DNA of 64,000 bases from assembly GCA_048887145.1 (NCBI GenBank), contig JBHLKA010000001.1:212-64211 (forward strand), given 5' to 3'. Source of the DNA: Candidatus Hodarchaeota archaeon. Lineage in GTDB: Archaea; Asgardarchaeota; Lokiarchaeia; Sigyniarchaeales; SOKP01. Shown here piece after piece: positions 57,226 to 64,000 of the stretch (position 1 is its first letter; the number at the start of each line of letters is the position of its first letter). A program made the position numbers and the translations under genes. The notes below the pieces were generated by a model, which was not told where the DNA came from, made no database searches, and worked only from the letters and a program-made list of their open reading frames with translations.

Positions 57226-58677
57226 TTAATTTTGAACATTTAAATCTTTTTTAGATTTCAATTTAAAACTTCTTAATTCTTTCAAAATGACTTTATCTCC
57301 CTTTCTTATAATTTTTCTAGTACTTTCAATCCCCACAATTACAGATCCTTTTGTTCCAAATGGACTAATTATTTTTGTAAAAGGAGGCTCTAATTTTCGC
57401 CCAATAATCTTTTTAGCACCTACTAAACTCTGTGCTAACCCACTACAAATAATACCTTGAGCATGTGATGGATTTTGAATGATTCCTTTTTTTATTTTAT
57501 ATTTATATAGTAATGGTGGTTCTTGATGTATCTTTATTAACTCTGCTGATCCTAAAATCCTTAAAGACGTTGGAGGCAAATCTAACCGACTTAATAACAT
57601 GGTTGTTTTTTCTTTACTAACTAGGATTCTCTCATTTAACCATAAAAAAGCTTTAAAGTTGGTTAAATCATTCTTCATATTCATTTGAATTCTTTTTCCG
57701 TCGAATTCATAATAAGGATATAAAAACCCTGCTGTAGTAAACATTCCAATTGTTACATGGAGTTGAGTACCAAAATGGGTTTCTTCTTTAAATAATTTGT
57801 TTTTATTTACTTTCACTTCAATTAAATCACAATAATCAAAAGCACGTATATTATCTGTTGCATAACACCCCCTATATATCTTGTTTGCATCCACTCCTTT
57901 AATATTGATCCCAATTCTATCACCTGCTTTTGCAAATTTTACTTCCTGATGAAAAATTTGAATCGATTTAACTCTCCCTGAAATTCCTAAAGGCATTATA
58001 TATATTTTTTGATTTAATTCTAATTTTCCCCTTAATAATGTGCCTGTGATTATTGTCCCTCTCCCTTTTATCGAAAAATGGTGATCTATGGGTATTTTGA
58101 TACTCCCCTTGAATTCTCTCTTTATATCAAGCTTTTTAATCTTTTCTAAAATCCCCTCTTTTAATTTTTCAAAACCCACTTTTTTTTTCGCAGATACAGC
58201 ATAAATCGGTATTTGTGCGCCAAAAGATGTTGATTGAAAGAAAACTCTTGTTTTTTCTATTTCTTGCTTAATATCCCCCTTAAATAGATCTATTTTGTTA
58301 AGCACAACTATGATATCTTTAATATTTAAAGCTTCTACCATTATTAAATGCTCACCAGTTTGAACTTGCGGTCCTTTATTAATGTCTATCACGATTATAG
58401 CACAATCAATTATTTCTACTGAGGAAGCACTTATTTTTATTAAATCTGCATGACCAGGACCATCAACCAATGATACTAAATAATCATCCAATACAAAACT
58501 TGTAAACCCTAAATCGATAGTTATGCCTCTTTCTTTACTTTGTGGATGAGCATCAATTCCTGCAGTCGATATTATTTCACTTAATACAGAAGCTATGGCA
58601 GTTTTTCCACAATCAATATGCCCGAACAATCCAATATGGATCGGTATTAATTTCTCAACGTCAATCATAAAAATCAC
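57226..58677 (-). CDS. selB: Selenocysteine-specific elongation factor SelB (archaeal type)
   Basis: G1 is GLFGHIDCGKT, G3 is VDGPGHADL, G4 is NKIDL. Domain II has IDHHFSIKGRGTIITGT. C-terminal archaeal-SelB motifs RLDLPPTSLRILG, GLAQSLVGAKKIIG and SPFGTKG parallel remembered Methanococcus SelB. 483 aa. Confidence 0.85.
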   Translation of the reverse strand: MIFMIDVEKLIPIHIGLFGHIDCGKTAIASVLSEIISTAGIDAHPQSKERGITIDLGFTSFVLDDYLVSLVDGPGHADLIKISASSVEIIDCAIIVIDINKGPQVQTGEHLIMVEALNIKDIIVVLNKIDLFKGDIKQEIEKTRVFFQSTSFGAQIPIYAVSAKKKVGFEKLKEGILEKIKKLDIKREFKGSIKIPIDHHFSIKGRGTIITGTLLRGKLELNQKIYIMPLGISGRVKSIQIFHQEVKFAKAGDRIGINIKGVDANKIYRGCYATDNIRAFDYCDLIEVKVNKNKLFKEETHFGTQLHVTIGMFTTAGFLYPYYEFDGKRIQMNMKNDLTNFKAFLWLNERILVSKEKTTMLLSRLDLPPTSLRILGSAELIKIHQEPPLLYKYKIKKGIIQNPSHAQGIICSGLAQSLVGAKKIIGRKLEPPFTKIISPFGTKGSVIVGIESTRKIIRKGDKVILKELRSFKLKSKKDLNVQN

Positions 58678-58836
58678 TATAGGGATAAAAAGCGACTATA
58701 TGTTTCTTATAAGATTAGAAAAGTAAAACATTTTCCTATATTTTTAATTAATCTTTTAAATATTGGACTCCAATAAAATTTAATTAAATAGAATTTACTT
58801 TTAAACATAATATCAATTTTTAAATGTGAATAAAAA

Positions 58837-59706
58837 ATGAAATATTGCGTGTATTGCGGAAACCCCTTAAAATCTACAGATAAATATTGTATAATATGCG
58901 GAAAACCAGTACTTAGAGATATAGAAAAACCAAAAGCTGCTCAAAAACCTAAAGATGTTATAAAAGAAAAAGTGAGAGAAATAAAAGGTGAAGAACCTTC
59001 CACCGAGATCGAAATTGAAGAATATCCTATGGAAGAAGTCGAAATTGAAGAGAAAGTAGAAAAGAAGAAAAAAGCTAAAAAAGGAGAAATAAAGGTAGAA
59101 AGACCATTACCATTTGAAGTAAAAGAACAAATGATCCTTTATATTGAATATAATGATATACAATTAAATAAAAAATTGTTAGTTGAGAAGTTAAAAGAAA
59201 TTCAAAAATCTTTAAAAGAACCTCGTTATGATGTAGACGAGGAATTTAAAAAATCAATTAATGTAAAAATTGAAGCACTAAAGACATTAATCAATGAGCT
59301 TAAGCAAAATGAAATTGAAGTTAAACAAAAAATGGAAAAACCATTTATTGTTCAGAGGATAAAAGATGATATTGATAAGAGAATTTTCCAACTCAAGAAT
59401 TTGACTAAAGAATTCAAATTGCATAAAATGGATAAAGAAACTTTCGAATCTCTTAGAGAAAAATACAAACAAGAGAAAGCAGATTTTGAGAATGAAAGAG
59501 AAGACTTAATCTCTGGTATGAAGCTATGGATAAAAGAATTGAAAATGGAAAAGTCAGATATTAAAGCAGAAAGAAATCTTAATAAAGGTAGATTTTCAGC
59601 TAAGGAAATTGAAGAAGAAGATTATAAAGAAAAAGATAAAGAATTTGAAGTGAAACTTAAAAAGATTGATGTGAAAATTACTACTTTAGAAGATCTTATT
59701 AAATAA
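58837..59706 (+). CDS. N-terminal zinc-ribbon protein with a long K/E-rich coiled coil
   Basis: YCVYCGNPLKSTDKYCIICGKPV (CxxC-x10-CxxC) is followed by about 250 aa of heptad-like K/E-rich sequence. It is divergent from selB. Confidence 0.5.
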   Translation: MKYCVYCGNPLKSTDKYCIICGKPVLRDIEKPKAAQKPKDVIKEKVREIKGEEPSTEIEIEEYPMEEVEIEEKVEKKKKAKKGEIKVERPLPFEVKEQMILYIEYNDIQLNKKLLVEKLKEIQKSLKEPRYDVDEEFKKSINVKIEALKTLINELKQNEIEVKQKMEKPFIVQRIKDDIDKRIFQLKNLTKEFKLHKMDKETFESLREKYKQEKADFENEREDLISGMKLWIKELKMEKSDIKAERNLNKGRFSAKEIEEEDYKEKDKEFEVKLKKIDVKITTLEDLIK

Positions 59707-59751
59707 TATCATTCCAAAATTTTATTTTATTTCCAACATTATATAACATCG

Positions 59752-59877
59752 ATGAGGAAAAAATTAATTGGGTTTATAATAGTTTTACTTGCTTTATCAC
59801 TTCTAACAATTGGAATTATTGAAGCTCAATATTCAATAATTGGTAAAATGTATGAAGAGATGGCAGGGATTCCATAA
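59752..59877 (+). CDS. Possible small membrane protein (41 aa)
   Basis: My own translation gives MRKKLIGFIIVLLALSLLTIGIIEAQYSIIGKMYEEMAGIP. It has one TM and is below the ORF-track size cutoff. Confidence 0.25.
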   Translation: MRKKLIGFIIVLLALSLLTIGIIEAQYSIIGKMYEEMAGIP

Positions 59878-59901
59878 ATCTTTTTTGATAAATGGGTATA
59901 T

Positions 59902-60204
59902 TTAATCATATCTCTTCATTTTTCCTATAGAAAGAGAATCCTCTAAAAAACCCTTTTTCTGGTATATTTTTTCCTGAGATTTTCGTAATTTATTTGCTCC
60001 CTTGTAATGATTTTTACAAAGATAAATTTTATTTTGTTTATTCTCTTTATATCTTAAATCTGCTTTTTCTACATAAGATTTCCATTTGTTTTCGGAAAGA
60101 GACCTCACTGCTAATTCACTACACCCTATCACAGAACATTTCTTTCCTTTATTTGTTGTTCCGCTTAAATCACTTTTTTCTTTTAGTTCCTTTGGGAGTT
60201 TCAA
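59902..60204 (-). CDS. Small basic C2CH zinc-finger protein (THAP-like spacing)
   Basis: 100 aa and Lys-rich. The pattern is CSVIGC-x34-CKNHY, that is C-x4-C-x34-C-x2-H, with a Trp between. Confidence 0.45.
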   Translation of the reverse strand: MKLPKELKEKSDLSGTTNKGKKCSVIGCSELAVRSLSENKWKSYVEKADLRYKENKQNKIYLCKNHYKGANKLRKSQEKIYQKKGFLEDSLSIGKMKRYD

Positions 60205-60288
60205 TTTTAAGCACTTCCTAAAAATTTTATTAGGATTAAATATTATGTTTTTTAATTAATCAACATCTTAAAATTTTTCCTATAATTA

Positions 60289-60999
60289 ATGGATCCTTTA
60301 AGTTTAGTATTTGATGAAAACTTTATTAGTACGAAATTATTTCCTTGTGATTCACCCTCAAGAATAAAACTAAAAGATGTGTTCTTTACAAGTTCAGCTG
60401 TCCTTTTCTGTATCATCCCCTATAAAGATAAACCCTATGATTTAGTATTAATTCATCGCTCAAATCGTGGAAAAAGACACCGGGGAGAAATATCATTCCC
60501 GGGGGGAAAATTCGATCCTATTAAAGATACTTCATTGGAAGACACAGCTTTAAGGGAAGCTGAAGAAGAAATTGGATTACTACGAAAAAATGTAAAAATA
60601 ATAGGTTGTTTAGATGACTTTCCGACTATGACTAAATTCGTAATTACTCCTTATGTGGCCATCATCAATAAGGATCAAAAATTAATAAAGGATGACAGAG
60701 AAGTTCAGAAGATATTAAAAATCCCAATAGATTTTTTTGTAAGTAAGAAAAATTTTAGAGAACAAGCAGTGGATATTGATGGCAATAAATTCCCTATTTT
60801 TTACTTTAATTATAAAAATGATGAGAATGAACAGATTTATACGGTTTGGGGAGCAACAGCCTACATGATATCTACATTTATCGAAACAATTTACGATATC
60901 AATATGTCAAACTTAGGTTTAAAACGATTTAAATTAGAAAAAATAAAAGATCTTAAAGAATATATCAAGTATAGAGACCAAATTACAAAAAAGTTTTAA
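60289..60999 (+). CDS. NUDIX hydrolase, CoA-pyrophosphatase-like (NUDT7/8/PCD1 type)
   Basis: Nudix box GGKFDPIKDTSLEDTALREAEEEIGL, preceded by LIHRSNRGKRHRGEISFPGG (the upstream motif typical of CoA diphosphatases). Confidence 0.7.
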   Translation: MDPLSLVFDENFISTKLFPCDSPSRIKLKDVFFTSSAVLFCIIPYKDKPYDLVLIHRSNRGKRHRGEISFPGGKFDPIKDTSLEDTALREAEEEIGLLRKNVKIIGCLDDFPTMTKFVITPYVAIINKDQKLIKDDREVQKILKIPIDFFVSKKNFREQAVDIDGNKFPIFYFNYKNDENEQIYTVWGATAYMISTFIETIYDINMSNLGLKRFKLEKIKDLKEYIKYRDQITKKF

Positions 61000-61027
61000 G
61001 ATGGTATTGTAATCAAATAAAAATATA

Positions 61028-61705
61028 ATGGATAAAATGAATTTTATCTTTAATGAGAAATATATAGCAGATAAGTTAAAGCAATTAGATTCTCCTGAAC
61101 GAATTTCAATGCACCATGAACATTTTGTAAATTCTGCAGTTATATTCTTAATAATTCCATATCAAGAAATACCATATGATCTAGTCCTAATTCGCAGGAC
61201 TAAACAAATAAATGATAAACATTCCGGGGAAATGTCTTTTCCAGGTGGAAAATTTGATCCCAATCGAGATAAATCGTATTTAGATACAGCTTTGAGAGAA
61301 TTGAGAGAAGAATTAGGAATTCCAAGAGATAACGTAACCATCTTAGGATGTATTGATGATCACCTCACCCCGAAAGGATTCATTATAACTGCTTTCGTAG
61401 CCTGTATAAATGAAAACCAGAAAATGATTAGACAAGAAGGAGAAGTCGAAGAGATCGTGAAAATTCCAATTACATTTTTTGCGAATAAAAAGAATTTCAA
61501 AGAAAGAACTTATAAACTCAAGGAAGATTTAATTGGAGTAGGTAAATTCAAGTATAGATCTCCAAATGATAAAAAATATGTAATATTTGGAGCTACATCC
61601 CACATTATTGTAAATTTCTTGGATACTATATACAATTTAGGTCTAATGACTCCAGGTTGCAGACGAATAACATGTGAAGATATTAAAGATAGGATCATTA
61701 ATTAG
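61028..61705 (+). CDS. NUDIX hydrolase, CoA-pyrophosphatase-like (tandem paralogue)
   Basis: LIRRTKQINDKHSGEMSFPGGKFDPNRDKSYLDTALRELREELGI. It is collinear with the preceding paralogue. Confidence 0.7.
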   Translation: MDKMNFIFNEKYIADKLKQLDSPERISMHHEHFVNSAVIFLIIPYQEIPYDLVLIRRTKQINDKHSGEMSFPGGKFDPNRDKSYLDTALRELREELGIPRDNVTILGCIDDHLTPKGFIITAFVACINENQKMIRQEGEVEEIVKIPITFFANKKNFKERTYKLKEDLIGVGKFKYRSPNDKKYVIFGATSHIIVNFLDTIYNLGLMTPGCRRITCEDIKDRIIN

Positions 61706-61782
61706 TTAAAAATAATTAGAAATAATGAGCTGAAAAACTGTTTTCCAATAAATAAGTTAATTAAGAAATTAAAGGATAAAAG

Positions 61783-62805
61783 ATGGATGATAAAAATTCA
61801 AAAGCAGGAAAAAATATAGTTGAAACTTGTTCACGATTGATGCCTTCTGAAACAGCAACTATAGTAACTGATAAAGAAACCATAAATATTGGGGAACTTA
61901 TACAAAAGTTTGCTGAAACCATTACAAAAGAAATCAATTTTCATGTTTTAGAAGATTATGCTGAAAGACCGCTAACTACAATCCCCAAAAAAATTAAAAG
62001 TGATGTTGGAAAAAGCGATGTTCTATATTTCGCGGCTCGATCCAAGCCGGGAGAATTAAACCGATTTAGAGGCCCTTTAATTAGACTTGCTATATCTAAA
62101 GGAAGAGAAATTCATATGCTAGATATCAATGATAATATTATTCAAACTGGTATGCAAGCAGATTATTTTAAGATTGCTTCTTTAACATTCTCAATTATGA
62201 GTTTTGCCACAATCTCTAAATCTGCTATAGTAGAAACTCCTGGAGGAACAAATCTCAAGGTATCATTTTCAGATAAGTTGAGGTGGGTTCCAGATACAGG
62301 GCTATTATGGTATAAAGGTATGTGGGGAAATTTACCTGCAGGAGAAGCGTTTACTTGCCCTGAAAATATCGAAGGTATAATGGTTGTAGATGGCACATTA
62401 GGAGATTTCTTCAATGAAAAGTATGGAGACCTTAATAAGACTCCTGTTTCAATACCCATTACAAATTCCAGGGCTGATATTGAAAATATTACATGTGAGA
62501 ATCAAGAATTATTACCCGAATTTAAGCAATATTTAAGACAAGATGAAAATGCTAATAGAGTAGGAGAATTTGCATGCGGGACAAATATCTATTTAAAAAA
62601 TTTTATAGGAAATCTTTTACAGGATGAAAAATTTCCGGGTGTTCATGTTGCTTTTGGAAACCCTTTTACACAGAAAACAGGAGCTAATTGGAATTCAATC
62701 GGACACGTGGATGGGATAATGAAAAGATGTTCATTATGGTTTGATGATAAAAAAGTAATAGAAGATGGTAGGTTTATTATGGAAGAGCTTTTAAATTTGG
62801 AGTAG
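61783..62805 (+). CDS. M29-family aminopeptidase (AmpS/aminopeptidase T-like)
   Basis: LPAGEAFTCPE..EG..VVDG and VGEFACGTN match my remembered M29 pattern. 340 aa. Confidence 0.6.
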   Translation: MDDKNSKAGKNIVETCSRLMPSETATIVTDKETINIGELIQKFAETITKEINFHVLEDYAERPLTTIPKKIKSDVGKSDVLYFAARSKPGELNRFRGPLIRLAISKGREIHMLDINDNIIQTGMQADYFKIASLTFSIMSFATISKSAIVETPGGTNLKVSFSDKLRWVPDTGLLWYKGMWGNLPAGEAFTCPENIEGIMVVDGTLGDFFNEKYGDLNKTPVSIPITNSRADIENITCENQELLPEFKQYLRQDENANRVGEFACGTNIYLKNFIGNLLQDEKFPGVHVAFGNPFTQKTGANWNSIGHVDGIMKRCSLWFDDKKVIEDGRFIMEELLNLE

Positions 62806-62919
62806 ATTCTTTTTATTAAAATTTAAATGAATCTTAATTTAATAGAAATTATAAAGAAAATTAATCAAAAAATTCATTTTATTTCAAATACTTTTTAATT
62901 TAATAATGTTATTCAATAT

Positions 62920-63012
62920 GGCCCTTGACGGTTAGAGTGGTCTCTGACGCTGGGCTTCAAACCCAGTTATCCTGCGGAGGGATAGGGGTTCGATTCCCCT
63001 CGAGGGCCGCCA
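62920..63012 (+). tRNA. tRNA-Sec (anticodon UCA), 9/4 fold, encoded CCA
   Basis: Hand fold. The acceptor is 9 bp (GGCCCUUGA/UCGAGGGCC, one U-G). The D stem is 7 bp (GUUAGAG/CUCUGAC) with a 4-nt loop UGGU. The anticodon arm is CUGGG-CUUCAAA-CCCAG, giving UCA. A long variable arm has UAUCC(U)/(G)GGAUA. The T arm is 4 bp, GGGG-UUCGAUU-CCCC. The discriminator is G and CCA lies at 63010-63012. Confidence 0.9.
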
Positions 63013-63029
63013 ATTTTTATAAAAATCGC

Positions 63030-64000
63030 GTGATAAATTTGATTGATTTCAACAAAATTATTGATTATTTTAAAAGCACACCTATTCCTCAAAATATGCT
63101 GAATAGAGGGCAATTAGGGCTAAATGAGTTCTTAAATCCTATTAAAATTTTATTTGAGCAGAAAGCTATTCCTAAGGAACCTTGGAGTGATGAGCAAATT
63201 GAATTTTTCTTACAAGCTCTCTCGAATATGGACACAGATAAAGATTATAAGGCAGCAAGGGTAGGTGAAAGAGAAGCAAGGGTAGCATCTAAAATACATT
63301 TAAAAACTTCAGCAGGATTTTGTCATGGTGTGGGTAGAAGTGGTTTTTTAACTGCTCCTCAGCCCAAAGCTCCCGGTGGATCAATTATGTATGAAATAAC
63401 TAATTACTTAGCAAGAAACTTTCTTAGAAAATTTGGTTTACCTAATATAAAAAGCGCAATTGCTGTACCCTTATGTACAGGCATGTCTTTAGCTTTATGT
63501 ATAGGTGCTCTTAGACCAGATTGGAATAATCTAAACCTGGTAGAAAAAAGAACTGTTCTTGTTCCCCAAATTGATCATAAATCTCTCATAAAAGGACTCG
63601 ATTTAATGGGTGTAAAAAGAAAAACTATAGAAGGTAAGTTATTTGGTGATGCTGTCAGAATCCCTATTGAAGATATTAAATCAAAATTAGATAAAGATTG
63701 TTTTGCGGTAATATCAGTTACAAGTTTTTTCCCTCCCCGTGAATTTGATAATATTAAAGAGATAAGTAAATTTGCTAAGGAAAATGATTTAGTTCACATT
63801 GTAATCAATGCATATGGAGTTCAAAGTCCAGAATGGATGGAATTAATTCGTTCGGGAATTGATGCCGGAAAAATTGATGTAATAATACAGTCAACTGATA
63901 AAAATGTACTTACTCCTGTTGGTGGTGCTATTATTGCCTCACCAAATAAGGAAGTAATAATTAAAATAAGTCAAGCATATGCTGGACGCGCTTCAGCTAC
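63030..64000 (+). CDS. spcS: O-phosphoseryl-tRNA(Sec) selenium transferase SepSecS (N-terminal ~320 aa; continues beyond the window)
   Basis: My own translation, with codon starts at positions divisible by 3, gives (V)INLIDFNKIIDYF...QNMLNRGQLGLNEFL...MDTDKDYKAARVGEREARVASKIH...GFCHGVGRSGFLTAPQPKAPGGSIMY...FFPPRE...IQSTDKNVLTPVGG...YAGRASA. It follows remembered M. maripaludis SepSecS motif by motif, including the PLP-lysine context. The start is GTG 63030 or TTG 63039 (ATG 63096 is less likely). It is not in the ORF track because it is open at the edge. Confidence 0.85.
   Translation, partial: MINLIDFNKIIDYFKSTPIPQNMLNRGQLGLNEFLNPIKILFEQKAIPKEPWSDEQIEFFLQALSNMDTDKDYKAARVGEREARVASKIHLKTSAGFCHGVGRSGFLTAPQPKAPGGSIMYEITNYLARNFLRKFGLPNIKSAIAVPLCTGMSLALCIGALRPDWNNLNLVEKRTVLVPQIDHKSLIKGLDLMGVKRKTIEGKLFGDAVRIPIEDIKSKLDKDCFAVISVTSFFPPREFDNIKEISKFAKENDLVHIVINAYGVQSPEWMELIRSGIDAGKIDVIIQSTDKNVLTPVGGAIIASPNKEVIIKISQAYAGRASA

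Noticed and set aside
1-64000. Many 60-125 aa ORFs in the supplied track lie antisense to, or nested within, long well-supported genes. Examples: 1599-1862, 5079-5267, 7261-7521, 7570-7818, 8089-8319, 9765-9959, 11780-12073, 13396-13578, 17336-17545, 18004-18213, 18475-18666, 18696-18929, 19207-19401, 20206-20445, 20415-20624, 21667-22041, 26404-26712, 26737-26931, 28683-28877, 30524-30772, 31944-32273, 36989-37228, 41508-41735, 42898-43197, 43606-43794, 46819-47028, 46875-47165, 47552-47788, 48922-49266, 49545-49814, 49661-49849, 50693-50929, 59287-59472, 59994-60221, 61510-61698, 62163-62459.
   Set aside because: Their translations are low-complexity (I/F/L/S/N-rich) with no motifs. Each overlaps a gene with strong family signatures. 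AT-rich genomes generate long spurious antisense ORFs because stop codons are depleted opposite AAA/GAA-rich coding sequence.
1-64000. I searched by eye for CRISPR arrays, IS elements or transposases, integrases, rRNA genes, toxin-antitoxin pairs and known defence-system signatures.
   Set aside because: None were seen. There are no regularly spaced direct repeats, no DDE/HUH/tyrosine-recombinase-like ORFs, and no long non-coding G+C-rich stretch compatible with rRNA, RNase P RNA or SRP RNA. The intergenic regions are short and A/T-only except for the two tRNAs.

Overview
This is a gene-dense, very AT-rich archaeal chromosomal segment with about 78 genes and almost no non-coding space. I saw no CRISPR array, rRNA gene, IS element or transposase. 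The archaeal assignment rests on a canonical archaeal ribosomal-protein operon at 44.5-54.0 kb. Its order is uS19-uL22-uS3-uL29-Rpp29-uS17-uL14-uL24-eS4-uL5-uS14-uS8-uL6-eL32-eL19-uL18-uS5-uL30-uL15.

Several products look like eukaryotic signature proteins: two Roadblock/LC7 proteins, a ribophorin-I-like protein, an OSTC/Ost3-like protein, Sec61beta, an ALG7-like phosphotransferase, an RPC34/TFE-beta-like protein, a C4HC3 cross-brace zinc finger and a tandem SH3 protein. Together with the low G+C, these suggest an Asgard (Loki-like) archaeon. That is an inference, not a demonstration.

The most notable content is a clustered selenocysteine toolkit. An archaeal-type SelB (57.2-58.7 kb) is apparently co-transcribed with a Roadblock/LC7 gene. 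A tRNA-Sec(UCA) at 62920-63012 has a 9/4 fold, a 7-bp D stem and an encoded CCA. SepSecS opens 18-27 nt after that tRNA and runs off the window.

Second is a eukaryote-like N-glycosylation/translocon gene set at 3.6-12.3 kb, plus the OSTC-like gene at 34.8 kb.

Third is a visibly more G+C-rich Opp/Dpp-type ABC operon (15.7-23.7 kb). It is split by a 1.6 kb extremely AT-rich two-gene insert of unknown function.

The remaining genes are housekeeping: peptidases, RNA methyltransferases Trm1/RlmE/TlyA, ribokinase, class I FBPase, GcvH, ferredoxin, and two RecA-family paralogues. All functional calls come from reading the supplied translations against remembered family motifs. No database search was run.
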